DNA from: a virus
Taxonomy: Duplodnaviria > Caudoviricetes
Virus record (IMG/VR): IMGVR_UViG_2906128962_000004
Location: 1-64,000 of that record
DNA: 64,000 nt
Direction: 5' to 3' (one strand)
The position numbers and the translations under genes were made by a program. The notes under the pieces are model-generated. The model did no database searches. It saw only the letters and a list, made by a program, of their open reading frames with translations, and had not been told where the DNA came from. Within the stretch, counting starts at the first letter, position 1, and the number at the start of each line of letters is the position of its first letter. Shown here piece after piece: positions 26,953 to 35,942 of this stretch.

Positions 26953-27757
26953 TGGTCACCCTACCTGATTCAGGCATTACGCCAGAATCATTACCAGAGA
27001 GGACATCGATGGTTTGCGATAAAGGCGTACCTTTCCACGCGGAGTAGAGCGGGGCGATAACAGTGAAGGATATCGCCGAGGCGAACACCCTGTTAGATGC
27101 CAGCGGTAACGATAGATTGTCGACAATGGCTGACTTGGGATCGCGTATCAGGCAATTCAGCTGCAACGCAGCTCCCGCAAGCACGGTCTGGAAGGTGAAA
27201 TTTGTATTCCCAAAGTTGGAGAACTGGCGGAACCAGGACGCATAAATACCGGTTAACGCGTTTAGGACCTCTTTTTCGTTGGCTAAAACCATCAGAGAGT
27301 ATGAGATCTCTATGGGGGTGTTGCTTAGTAGGGCTGTAGGCTTCCCATCGTTATCGGTGATATACCCGGCATCATATTCATCTGTCACTATGGTGTTGTC
27401 GTGTAACTGGAATCCCGGCGTTCGCCCCAGGTTCAGTACTGGCAGGGAATTGGTATTCACTTCCGGTCGATTCGGGTTGAAGCGACGACCGGCACCCGCA
27501 GAACGGTATGCACGGAGAAACGCTTCCACATCATCAAATTCACCAAATTTAAGCTGATCGCTCTTCTTCCGGGACAGAAATTCGACAAGAGGCTTGGACC
27601 ACGGCCGTGTGTCTGTTACTTCAATGTCTTCCAGTGCCGATAAGAGCGCATTACCCAGACCGGCATCCACATCGCTGGTGGATGAGAGCTCACGCTTACC
27701 CGTGGGCGCCAACATAGCCTTCTTGAAGCGCATCAATAATTTGTCGTTATTCACCAT
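26942..27757 (-). CDS. P1 gp24-like tail/baseplate protein
   Basis: Likely start MVNNDK at 27757; synteny. Confidence 0.6.
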   Translation of the reverse strand: MVNNDKLLMRFKKAMLAPTGKRELSSTSDVDAGLGNALLSALEDIEVTDTRPWSKPLVEFLSRKKSDQLKFGEFDDVEAFLRAYRSAGAGRRFNPNRPEVNTNSLPVLNLGRTPGFQLHDNTIVTDEYDAGYITDNDGKPTALLSNTPIEISYSLMVLANEKEVLNALTGIYASWFRQFSNFGNTNFTFQTVLAGAALQLNCLIRDPKSAIVDNLSLPLASNRVFASAISFTVIAPLYSAWKGTPLSQTIDVLSGNDSGVMPESGRVTNGR

Positions 27758-28505
27758 CAGATACGGATTCCTCAAACGTGCGGCATGGTATACAGACGAA
27801 GAGCGTGCCCACGGCCGCTGTACCATAGTTAAATTTGCGGTGAACGTACCACCAGCGCCGGGTCATTTCTCCGGATGCCAGTTCCTCATTCCATTCGAGA
27901 ATCGAACCTATCGAGATATCAAGGGCGGCCACACGGAGTATCAAAGAGTCTTCCTGATAGCCGGTGTTGTCGTCCTCTTCGTTCATGCTCAGAAAGCTGT
28001 CCATTTCGTCCGGGCAGTCCAGGACTTTCACGATTTCAGGCTCGCCGTAGGAGAGCGTTTCCTGGTTTGGATCAAGGCGTTCTGCCTGCATTACCTCAAA
28101 ACCTTCATCATCAATAGGCGCGTCTATAGAGTTAGCGCGATACAGGAGCGCGTCGAACGACAATGGATCATTGATGATGGCTAAAGCCCACGCTTCGCGG
28201 TAAAGGTCGTTGAAACTCTTGTGGCCAAGAAATCGAGCGCGCATATCACTGTTAGCAGGACGGGAAAGCATTGCAGCAGTAATTGAGACAGGCGCTTCAG
28301 TAGGCTCTTTGGTTTCGTTGGGTAATTCATGTTTTCCAGATGGCTCATCTATAGGGTCCGCTACCGGTTCCAACGTCTCAAACGTGGTAGAGGTTGGGCT
28401 TTGAACTGCTACAGTATCAACAGGAGAAGGGACGCCATCAGGAACGCCACCAGCCACTTTGATATCGTCGTTGTTATCGATGAGATCGTCATAAAAACCT
28501 GCCAT
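27747..28505 (-). CDS. P1 gp7-like tail protein
   Basis: 252 aa; synteny. Confidence 0.6.
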   Translation of the reverse strand: MAGFYDDLIDNNDDIKVAGGVPDGVPSPVDTVAVQSPTSTTFETLEPVADPIDEPSGKHELPNETKEPTEAPVSITAAMLSRPANSDMRARFLGHKSFNDLYREAWALAIINDPLSFDALLYRANSIDAPIDDEGFEVMQAERLDPNQETLSYGEPEIVKVLDCPDEMDSFLSMNEEDDNTGYQEDSLILRVAALDISIGSILEWNEELASGEMTRRWWYVHRKFNYGTAAVGTLFVCIPCRTFEESVSDGE

Positions 28506-29716
28506 TATTGTTTACCTTGTTGGGAGGCGAGCCATTTCTTGAATGCTGTCTCTGCCTGTTGATCGGTCATGCCGGTTATCTTCATGGCCTGAATGAAGCC
28601 TTGTTTCTTCAGCTTCAGTTGCTCCTGTAATTGAGCCTTCATCGCTTCCTGCTGCTTTTTCAGCAGCGCGTTCTCTGCCCGGGCGGTTTTAAGCTCTGCT
28701 GCTTTGCGCTTAAGTGAGTTACGCGCGGTGGAGGCCTGTTTTCTCAGCCTATCGATCTTGTCTTTCTCGGTTCGTTGTACCTTGGCTAACCCGCGTTGGG
28801 CGGCCTGGTATTTTTCGAACTCGCGGCGGATCTTCGTCTGGTCTGTTTGATCAGAGCGGTTACGGGCTAAAGCTTTCAGTTCTTTGTCGGTAAAAACCTT
28901 TGTCGTGCGTTTCTTGTCATCGCCAAAAGCTACTTGCTCAGCAGCTTTCTTCATCTGTGTGCCCAGCTGGCGTTGCCAGGTAGACGACTGAAAACGGGTC
29001 ATGACATGGAGGACGTGCTTGCAGGCTGCGCCGACGAGATCAGGGTTGCGTATTTTGGGAAAGGCATACTCAGCTGGTGGCTTCAGCGCGTAGTTACCGG
29101 CTGTGGCCATGTAACGGAACCAATACTGATGGCGCCCGCAATCACAGTCGAAAGATACGCGACCTTTAGCGAGGTTTTTTGCCAGCGTGGCCAGACTTAC
29201 TTTTTCATCGCCGACGTCTTCAACGTATCGGTCCCATTCTTCAAAGCGCACTCGCACCAGGTGGTTATCGTCGACCGACGCATCAGATGCTGTAACCTTC
29301 ACATCGGCGATGTTATGGCGTATGCGTATAAACAGCGCCGACTTAATGCCGGTGCCATCATCTACCTTGTTGTTGGCGCGCTTAACATCGATCTGAGTCG
29401 ACATGGCCACCAGCTGAGCGTAGGTAATGCCCGCCTGATCACTGCTGAACTTCGTGCGATGGCCAGCGCGTTTTTCGATGAATTGCTTTAAGTCTTCAGG
29501 AGTAAAGAATGTGCCGTCTTTCTTCTTGCCGAGCTTAAGAATCTCATCGACGCTTTTATTACGCAGTCCTGCAGGCGTAAGCGTGCGGTGTGCGCCTCTA
29601 CGGCTTGCGCGCTGACCTTTACGGATTTTGTTGAAGACCTTAAGGAAGTCAGTTGCAGAAAGGCCATGTGTGGCGTAGCGGCCATTCTCTTTTTTCTCAA
29701 AACCGGTAGAGGGCAT
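28505..29716 (-). CDS. P1 gp25-like protein with SWIM Zn finger
   Basis: FDCDCG...ACKHV SWIM motif; C-terminal coiled coil. Confidence 0.7.
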   Translation of the reverse strand: MPSTGFEKKENGRYATHGLSATDFLKVFNKIRKGQRASRRGAHRTLTPAGLRNKSVDEILKLGKKKDGTFFTPEDLKQFIEKRAGHRTKFSSDQAGITYAQLVAMSTQIDVKRANNKVDDGTGIKSALFIRIRHNIADVKVTASDASVDDNHLVRVRFEEWDRYVEDVGDEKVSLATLAKNLAKGRVSFDCDCGRHQYWFRYMATAGNYALKPPAEYAFPKIRNPDLVGAACKHVLHVMTRFQSSTWQRQLGTQMKKAAEQVAFGDDKKRTTKVFTDKELKALARNRSDQTDQTKIRREFEKYQAAQRGLAKVQRTEKDKIDRLRKQASTARNSLKRKAAELKTARAENALLKKQQEAMKAQLQEQLKLKKQGFIQAMKITGMTDQQAETAFKKWLASQQGKQ

Positions 29717-29717
29717 A

Positions 29718-30059
29718 TCAGTTGCTCTGTATGGTGCCGTCTAATTCCGGCAAGCTGGTGGAATAGATGTTTATTTGCTCGCGTATCCACGCCAACTCCG
29801 GGAGGAATAGGGCTTTGCCCACTGGTAGCGCTTCGCTTTCATCCTCTTGGCCACAGACACGGGTAATAACCCAACGCAGCTCGTCGGTGCCCCATACACG
29901 CTGAGCAATGAGGTCAGGGCGATATATCTCGTCCTGAGTAATGTCGTGGGGGATCAGGTCTGAATCGTAGCTGTTACACTTGGCTACTACGGCCTGGTGC
30001 ATGTACGCGCGGATGATTGGATCGGATACGTTACGATCATCGAGTCGTGAGATGCTCAC
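29718..30059 (-). CDS. Baseplate wedge protein (P1 gp26 / T4 gp53-like)
   Basis: YRPDLIAQRVWGTDELRWVI motif. Confidence 0.8.
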   Translation of the reverse strand: MSISRLDDRNVSDPIIRAYMHQAVVAKCNSYDSDLIPHDITQDEIYRPDLIAQRVWGTDELRWVITRVCGQEDESEALPVGKALFLPELAWIREQINIYSTSLPELDGTIQSN

Positions 30060-30703
30060 AGGTATCTTCCTTTGCCCGTGAGCGGACTCATAGTGACTGA
30101 TTTAATTGCTTCAGCTTCGGTTGCGCGAACAATTTTACGCAGGGGGTCTAAAGGGTCCGGGGGCAGTTCAACCGTCAACGAGCTGTACATTTGCTCTATG
30201 TAGGAAGCGCTGGCCACGTTCTGATAGATCGTACCGTATACGCAAAGCAGCATTAGAAGGTGTTCGCTTTTAAGGCGTTCCCAGTCAATGCGATACACGG
30301 CTTGACCGCGGGTATCATGCTCTACATCGATAATGTTGTCCGGGATGGTATAACGCTGGCCAGCTCCGGTGGTTTTGGGGCGGATGATGGCCTTCTGCAG
30401 CGAGAGCTCTCGATAGAGGTCCAGTGACTCGACCAGAATTGGCTTTCCGCTCGTTCCTGGGGCAGCAAACTGGATATGCTTTCCGCCGGTCGCGCTGAAG
30501 AAACCGCTGCGTTCGTCCACCAGCACGTCATCGCCGTTTTTCTCAATCTTGCGAATGATGTTGGGAAGGACGTCAAGCAACCCCTTACGATCTGCTGGAA
30601 GGGTTTGTTCTGATAACAGGGTGAGGTTTCCCTTATGCCAGACAGCCTCCACCAGCATTGGCTTGGAAGTGGAAAGGGTGATGGCACATATGGCCTTATC
30701 CAT
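30056..30703 (-). CDS. mat: Maturation control protein Mat-like
   Basis: 215 aa immediately downstream of ref as in P1; recalled similarity (YRIDW..LKSEHLL..LC.Y.T.YQNVAS). Confidence 0.6.
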   Translation of the reverse strand: MDKAICAITLSTSKPMLVEAVWHKGNLTLLSEQTLPADRKGLLDVLPNIIRKIEKNGDDVLVDERSGFFSATGGKHIQFAAPGTSGKPILVESLDLYRELSLQKAIIRPKTTGAGQRYTIPDNIIDVEHDTRGQAVYRIDWERLKSEHLLMLLCVYGTIYQNVASASYIEQMYSSLTVELPPDPLDPLRKIVRATEAEAIKSVTMSPLTGKGRYL

Positions 30704-30739
30704 AGTAGGACTCCGCTGGTAATGAAGTCTCTATAGTAT

Positions 30740-30755
30740 AATTAGTACTTTCTGT
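30740..30755 (-). promoter_or_regulatory. Candidate C1-type operator
   Basis: Minus strand ACAGAAAGTACTAATT. Confidence 0.65.
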
Positions 30756-30928
30756 AAGGAAGGGCGAAATCTGGACAAGAAAAAGGCCGGTATAAAACCA
30801 GCCTTGAGGGATTGGGTAAACCTTAACTATTGCAATGCGAGGCAGCTACCATCATAGCTTCCATATGACGATAGAACCAGTAACGCTTTCTGTTTATGTT
30901 GTGTTTTCTTTTCAAAATAAGCTCACAA

Positions 30929-31573
30929 TTAGTTTTTTAAACGTTCAATTCCCGCACGTCTGTAAGACTCAGCCAGCAGATCAAGCTGAGTACCATTCGC
31001 TTTCTCGAATTCCGCGGGACCGCCAACATTGCCATCTGCATGCACTGGTAATAACCAAGGGTATTGCTCCCGTATATCAGCCGGTGCTGCGTGCTGGTGG
31101 TGGAAATTACACAATGGCAAAACGTGAGCGTGGGCGTCAGGTGCTGTTCGGCCATCAATATGGTGCAAACTGATCAGCGGCGAAACTTTCCCATGTATCA
31201 GGCATGCAATACATGGTAAGGCTCCTAGCTTATCCATGATGCGGCGTTCAGCAGCGGTTGGTGTACGTCCCTTATTGCCACGGGACTTTATAGCCTTACG
31301 TGGCTTAGTGGATGTGTTGAGTACCGTACTTCGTTTGCGCGCAATAATCTCTCTGCGTTTCTCCCAATATTCTGGAGACTGTAACTGAAGGAGCCTCTTC
31401 TCGCGTTGGCGTTCCTGCGCCTCGCGAGCTTTATCAACCTGCTTTTGGCGATACTCAGGGTCCGCGAGTTTTTCTGCATTGCGGGCTCTTTGCCGCTCAA
31501 CGGCGGCACGCTGGCGGGCGAATAGTTTCTCCCGGGCTTCCTGAGTTAATTCCATTAGATTTGGCCCAGCCAT
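30929..31573 (-). CDS. ref: Recombination enhancement function nuclease Ref
   Basis: CIACLIHG...LHHIDGRT...LPLCNFHHQHAAP; basic N-terminus. Confidence 0.9.
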   Translation of the reverse strand: MAGPNLMELTQEAREKLFARQRAAVERQRARNAEKLADPEYRQKQVDKAREAQERQREKRLLQLQSPEYWEKRREIIARKRSTVLNTSTKPRKAIKSRGNKGRTPTAAERRIMDKLGALPCIACLIHGKVSPLISLHHIDGRTAPDAHAHVLPLCNFHHQHAAPADIREQYPWLLPVHADGNVGGPAEFEKANGTQLDLLAESYRRAGIERLKN

Positions 31574-31800
31574 TTATAGCGTTCGGCCACTTCGGCCGGG
31601 TTCATTTTCCCTGTACCCAGGAGAGCCAGGGAAATGTACAGCGATCGGAAGTGGCGGCGGGCACGCATTCCAGCAGTTATATAACCGCCCGGTTGAGCTG
31701 CTGCCAGCTGGGCTATGTTTGCTGCTGTCACTGTACGGGTGCAGTATTCATTGAATACAGCCACGGCGACGCGGGTAGGGTATTGCAGTGGATTGTTCAT
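31555..31800 (-). CDS. Hypothetical protein
   Basis: 81 aa, AGGAG RBS. Confidence 0.6.
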   Translation of the reverse strand: MNNPLQYPTRVAVAVFNEYCTRTVTAANIAQLAAAQPGGYITAGMRARRHFRSLYISLALLGTGKMNPAEVAERYKWLGQI

Positions 31801-31809
31801 GTATTCTCC

Positions 31810-31986
31810 TTATCGGTGTTTAGGACGGCGCTTTGATTTAATCCGGCGCTTCAGGCCAGCCCGGATAGCTGCTTTGATGAGTTCCAGAGTGCTAAGCGCA
31901 AGGATCACGGTCACAGATAACTTGAGCGCAATCAGCCACCCAGCAAACGAATAGTCGAGAGCGATGTTGATGTAGTGATCAATCAT
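31810..31986 (-). CDS. Small membrane protein (not in ORF track)
   Basis: MIDHYINIALDYSFAGWLIALKLSVTVILALSTLELIKAAIRAGLKRRIKSKRRPKHR; ATGA overlap with upstream stop. Confidence 0.6.
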   Translation of the reverse strand: MIDHYINIALDYSFAGWLIALKLSVTVILALSTLELIKAAIRAGLKRRIKSKRRPKHR

Positions 31987-32501
31987 GATGAGTAATAGAG
32001 TGATGGTTCAGTAGGGGGATACCAGCCGATGCCGTGCTCAGCAGAGCTGATGATGCGCCAGCGAATAGCGTCATTCACAACTGTTTTAGCGACGTAATAC
32101 TCCTTCGCCAATTGAGTGCTGGCCATCGCAGTAACAGTTTTAAGGTCGATTACCGCGGGTTTATCACCGTAAGCAGGGACGCACGCAGCGCGAAGGATCT
32201 CTCGACTGCGAAACCAACATTGTCCCAGGTGCTCTTCGGGTAAGTTAAATGTGAATCCATGGCCAGCCGGTGCTGTCTGGATATGGTTTTGTTTGGCCAG
32301 AGAATGAAGGCGAGCTGTCGACAGCCCCGGGAGAATAGCGGAACGCTCCGCTGATGAAATCCGTATGGCTTTATCCATCCAGTAGCCATCATCCGGGGTG
32401 AGCGTATAGCCTCCATCGACCATTAAGAGAGCCTCCCGTGGAAGCCGCTTAATGGTGGCGCTGAAAATTGCGGTGATGATCTTGTCGTCGGTCAGTCTCA
32501 T
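31983..32501 (-). CDS. Hypothetical protein
   Basis: 172 aa; operator upstream. Confidence 0.65.
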   Translation of the reverse strand: MRLTDDKIITAIFSATIKRLPREALLMVDGGYTLTPDDGYWMDKAIRISSAERSAILPGLSTARLHSLAKQNHIQTAPAGHGFTFNLPEEHLGQCWFRSREILRAACVPAYGDKPAVIDLKTVTAMASTQLAKEYYVAKTVVNDAIRWRIISSAEHGIGWYPPTEPSLYYSS

Positions 32502-32532
32502 GTTCGTAATAATGACACATTAAAAAATAAAT

Positions 32533-32548
32533 AATTAGTATTATCTGT
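32533..32548 (-). promoter_or_regulatory. Candidate C1-type operator
   Basis: Minus strand ACAGATAATACTAATT (identical to 55663-55678). Confidence 0.7.
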
Positions 32549-32720
32549 GTTGCGGCGGGGTATTTGCCTTGAAAATGCGCGAGTTATTGGGATTTGAATT
32601 GCATTGCCTGTCTGGCATTAGTGCATTAACATCTGCTGGTGCTTTTAGAAATAGTGATTGATTGATAAGAGCATGCAGCCCCTGGTTCGCCGGGGGCTGT
32701 TCATTTCAAGCCAGGTCCCT

Positions 32721-33374
32721 CTAATACACGTTCTTATTCCAGTTTTCGCACATATAATTACTGCATCCGTCAAAATCATACGGGTTAAGTTGCCAGCTTA
32801 TCCGACCGCAACACGGGCAATTCCAGCGAGTTTTACCGGTTGATGTGCGATCTCGTCGTTTCTGACGTTTCAGCCAGTCAGGCTGACGTAACCCGCGGGC
32901 CTGAATCATTTTCCGCCGGTCGAGCCGGTTTATGCAGAACGTGCGCCGTTTAACTTTGTTGGCCAGATGATATGGGAGCCAAATTAGCCCTTCGCTGGTG
33001 GTGACGGCGAAGGGATGAATATAGGCTTTCGTGAAATCTGTTGTAGGCAGCTCGGTACCGGCAAGCCAGTAAACGTCGTTGCCATCCCATTCTCCTTTCA
33101 CGTATGCCACGTATTGCGTGCAACCTGGTTCTATTAGCGATTCGCCCGGCAGTTGCTGGCAGTCGACATGCCATATGGCCAGTTCATCGACACAATCGGC
33201 CGCAACCGGCAGATCGATCGGACGGCCCTTATTCCAGCGTTCTTGCGCCTCTTGCAGTGTGTAAACATGTGCGGCATCGATGTTGCTGCTGTAGCCATTT
33301 CCGTTCCGGCAATGAAAAGAGGCGTTAGTGCCAACTGTTTCTCGTAGGCAAAGCATATAAAAGCGATCATTCAT
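32721..33374 (-). CDS. Conserved phage hypothetical protein with C-terminal CxxC Zn ribbon
   Basis: 217 aa; GWDGNDVYW-like motif, WNCPCCG. Confidence 0.7.
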   Translation of the reverse strand: MNDRFYMLCLRETVGTNASFHCRNGNGYSSNIDAAHVYTLQEAQERWNKGRPIDLPVAADCVDELAIWHVDCQQLPGESLIEPGCTQYVAYVKGEWDGNDVYWLAGTELPTTDFTKAYIHPFAVTTSEGLIWLPYHLANKVKRRTFCINRLDRRKMIQARGLRQPDWLKRQKRRDRTSTGKTRWNCPCCGRISWQLNPYDFDGCSNYMCENWNKNVY

Positions 33375-33724
33375 TTTCGGCCACCAGCGTTTCTTTGTGT
33401 TCGATTAACATGACTATTCCTTTCAAGTTTTGCGTAGGCGATGGATGCCTCAGCATCAGAGGCTCCGAATACACGATTAACACCGGCTATGACGTTCTCT
33501 TCTGAGCGGCTCAGGCGTGAAAGAATGCTGCGACATACGAAGTGATCAGCGTGCGTAATGTATGCGTCAGCTGCCTTCATTGAGGACATTGGTCGATCAA
33601 CCTGGATAAAGTGAAGAGGGTTCTGGGCACCATAGTTCAGTGTGCAAGCTACCACCGGCGTTCCGTCGCGTAGCCCACTTTGCAGGTGGACGTGAACGCC
33701 ATTAATCAGCATTGATTTTTTCAT
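33371..33724 (-). CDS. Hypothetical protein
   Basis: 117 aa, ATGA coupling. Confidence 0.6.
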   Translation of the reverse strand: MKKSMLINGVHVHLQSGLRDGTPVVACTLNYGAQNPLHFIQVDRPMSSMKAADAYITHADHFVCRSILSRLSRSEENVIAGVNRVFGASDAEASIAYAKLERNSHVNRTQRNAGGRK

Positions 33725-33753
33725 TTATAAAAAATAAGCACATAATTAGTATT

Positions 33754-34077
33754 TTACGACCAAAATAAATCCGGCCCTTGAGACGCTGCGCTATCTTCTT
33801 CCAGAATGATTTCCTGCGCCTTAAGCATCCCTACTTCAGTCAACTGATAGGTATGAACTGGCGGTGTTTCGTTGAGTGTATGTACCGTTAACAGGCATTG
33901 TTGCTCCAGCCTGGCGAGTGACTGTCGTACATTCTGTGTCCTGGCTTTCCGACCTCCATAATGTTCATCTATATACGCAGTTATAGCGAGCAGGGTCACC
34001 GGGGTAAAAACATGCTGCTCGTTATATCTGCGTCCTATGCAAGATAACGCTAACTTTTGAATTGTTGAAAGCGCCAT
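33754..34077 (-). CDS. Winged-helix-like hypothetical protein
   Basis: VRQSLARLEQQCLL...YQLTEVG pattern. Confidence 0.55.
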   Translation of the reverse strand: MALSTIQKLALSCIGRRYNEQHVFTPVTLLAITAYIDEHYGGRKARTQNVRQSLARLEQQCLLTVHTLNETPPVHTYQLTEVGMLKAQEIILEEDSAASQGPDLFWS

Positions 34078-34097
34078 TGTTGCTTATCTCCTTGATC

Positions 34098-35141
34098 TTA
34101 CCGCTTCATGCGTTGGCTGTTTACAATATCGAGCATCACCGACTTATTGGCATCGATATAACGTATATAGCTCATGACCTGCTCAGGGCGTTTCCACGTG
34201 CCCTCATGCATGATCTGAGTGAGCTCTGTTCCTTTCAATGCCATATCCTGTGCAGCGCCCACACGGGGGCTATGCCCGGTCCAAGTTCTGTAGCGGGAGG
34301 ATTCAAGAGGCGCACCTTTAACGGCCTCCCAGGCTTTGGCAAATATTTTCTCTATATTTTTACCGGCCATGGGTTTTACTGCTGGGTGAGCATTGCCATA
34401 GCGATCGACCTTGCCAAAGATAAAGGTTGATTCATCCGTGAGGCCACTTGCGTTGAGCCAATTACGTAACCAACCGGCGACATCTGGCGCCAGCACTTTC
34501 ACCACGCCGAGCTCGTCTTTAATTGTTTTTGTATAACCCACATCAAGTGTGGCTGAACCATCTCGCTGAAACTGAATATCACCAATTCTTAACCGTGCAA
34601 CTTCTGACATGCGTAACAGGGTGTTGTAGGCCACCCCTAAAAACGCGAGGTCGCGTAGTTGCTGCATTTTGCCGCTGGCTTGGGTAATCTCCGCCAGTTG
34701 GAAAAGATCGTCGAGATGAAGGGGGATCGCCTGTTCAACTCGCTCGCCACTGAGGACCGCTTGCCGACTTATTTTTTTCATCCCGCGCGTCACCAGTATG
34801 TGCGATGCAGGTAGGGCCAGACCAGCCTCGCGATGGATCTTGTTAATCATTGATTTGTGCATCGCGATGGTGTTCTTTTTACGCCCAAGTGTCTCTCGCA
34901 GATAGATAAGGTACTCACGCACATCTGCAGGATCGGCCGGAAGCCACACTTTATTAAACTGCTTACACCATAACCCCCAGCTGCGGAGAACTGACTTCAT
35001 TTGCGCCCAGGTGTTTTCTGATGCTGCTTCCCGATCCACAAAGAACATGTGTAAATTTTCGGCAACCCGTTCATCGTATTTATCCGCAGTAATCAGCAGC
35101 GGGGATTCGGTCTGGTTAACCGGCAAATTAGTCATTGGCAT
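34098..35141 (-). CDS. cre: Cre-family tyrosine site-specific recombinase
   Basis: YNTLLRMSE (R), YTKT (K), GHSPRVGAAQDMA (H,R), GTWK (W), VMSYIR (Y); N-terminus aligns with Cre from MPMTNL (~347 aa). Confidence 0.92.
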   Translation of the reverse strand: MPMTNLPVNQTESPLLITADKYDERVAENLHMFFVDREAASENTWAQMKSVLRSWGLWCKQFNKVWLPADPADVREYLIYLRETLGRKKNTIAMHKSMINKIHREAGLALPASHILVTRGMKKISRQAVLSGERVEQAIPLHLDDLFQLAEITQASGKMQQLRDLAFLGVAYNTLLRMSEVARLRIGDIQFQRDGSATLDVGYTKTIKDELGVVKVLAPDVAGWLRNWLNASGLTDESTFIFGKVDRYGNAHPAVKPMAGKNIEKIFAKAWEAVKGAPLESSRYRTWTGHSPRVGAAQDMALKGTELTQIMHEGTWKRPEQVMSYIRYIDANKSVMLDIVNSQRMKR

Positions 35142-35194
35142 ATCTCTCAGGTGCACGGGTACGAGTAGTGACTCATTACGGAAAACTACCATAA

Positions 35195-35210
35195 CATTAG
35201 TATAATCTGT
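35195..35210 (-). promoter_or_regulatory. Candidate C1-type operator upstream of cre
   Basis: Minus strand ACAGATTATACTAATG. Confidence 0.55.
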
Positions 35211-35395
35211 TAGGTTTTTTATGAAATTTACACGGTTTTTAGGAAAACCGCTGTATTTTTCATTTTGCAGCACAATGACCGGTCAGAAATCCCAGATTTC
35301 ACGTAGCGACGCCAATACCTGAGTTAAGTGTAAGGTTATTTGTGGTGTAAAAACCGGTTCAGATGTTTTGTTAACCATGCCATTTTACATAAAAA

Positions 35396-35429
35396 CAAAG
35401 GTAATATAATGGGTGTTATATTACTTTTG
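35396..35429. other. lox-like recombination site (13-8-13)
   Basis: CAAAGGTAATATA-ATGGGTGT-TATATTACTTTTG; arms 12/13 complementary, TATA flanks as in loxP, position between divergent cre and coi/c1. Confidence 0.85.
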
Positions 35430-35626
35430 TGACTTTTTAAGGGGGGATCGAATTACGAGAGTTCGTGCTATGAAAAGCCTGTGTATTGCGCACCTTCTAA
35501 GCGGCTGCTTAATAAACGTACAAATCATACTTAATTTCAATGATTGCCTTTCTCTTACTTTTACCCCGGGCATCAGGATGATATACAACCCCAATTCGAA
35601 AATTTGTATGATTTTAGGAAGGATAA

Positions 35627-35875
35627 ATGGCTAACAGTGATGAACTTTTACTCGTTAACACTGAGATAACGACTGCAATTCAGAAACTTCACCTTGATAT
35701 TACTTCACGTCGTGCAGTTTCAACCCTCACCAGCCATTTCTGCATTGTCAAAGGATTGCATTCCAAACCCGCCAGTGAACTAAAACGCCTTAAAAAAAGT
35801 ATCCAGTTTCAGATAAACACCCATATATCCCAAAAATTTGCCCCAGCTAACTCTGCTTATGGTCGATTTCTCTAA
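35627..35875 (+). CDS. Small protein at the P1 coi (C1 inactivator) position
   Basis: 82 aa, AGGA RBS, directly upstream of c1; identity by position only. Confidence 0.45.
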   Translation: MANSDELLLVNTEITTAIQKLHLDITSRRAVSTLTSHFCIVKGLHSKPASELKRLKKSIQFQINTHISQKFAPANSAYGRFL

Positions 35876-35942
35876 CGAAATAGACTAAATTCTCCCTTAG
35901 TTTTTAGCTAATGGGCATTGCGCCCACAACCGGAGAATACTG

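Noticed and set aside
30004-30760. A dedicated late promoter for the gene 26-25-7-24-6-5 block
   Set aside because: No match to the late motif with correct spacing was found; the block may be read through from mat
88-34430. Numerous plus-strand ORFs of 60-190 aa in the track lying antisense to structural genes
   Set aside because: They fully overlap well-supported minus-strand genes, have no recognisable motifs or RBS, and are typical shadow ORFs
35142-35273. 44-aa N-terminal extension of the Cre ORF given by the track
   Set aside because: Similarity to Cre begins at MPMTNL, and the extension contains an operator copy, so it is more likely untranslated leader
35378-35410. XerD-like half-site TTATGTAAAAT (minus strand) next to the lox-like site
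   Set aside because: No XerC-like arm at the required 6-8 bp spacing; probably chance in AT-rich DNA
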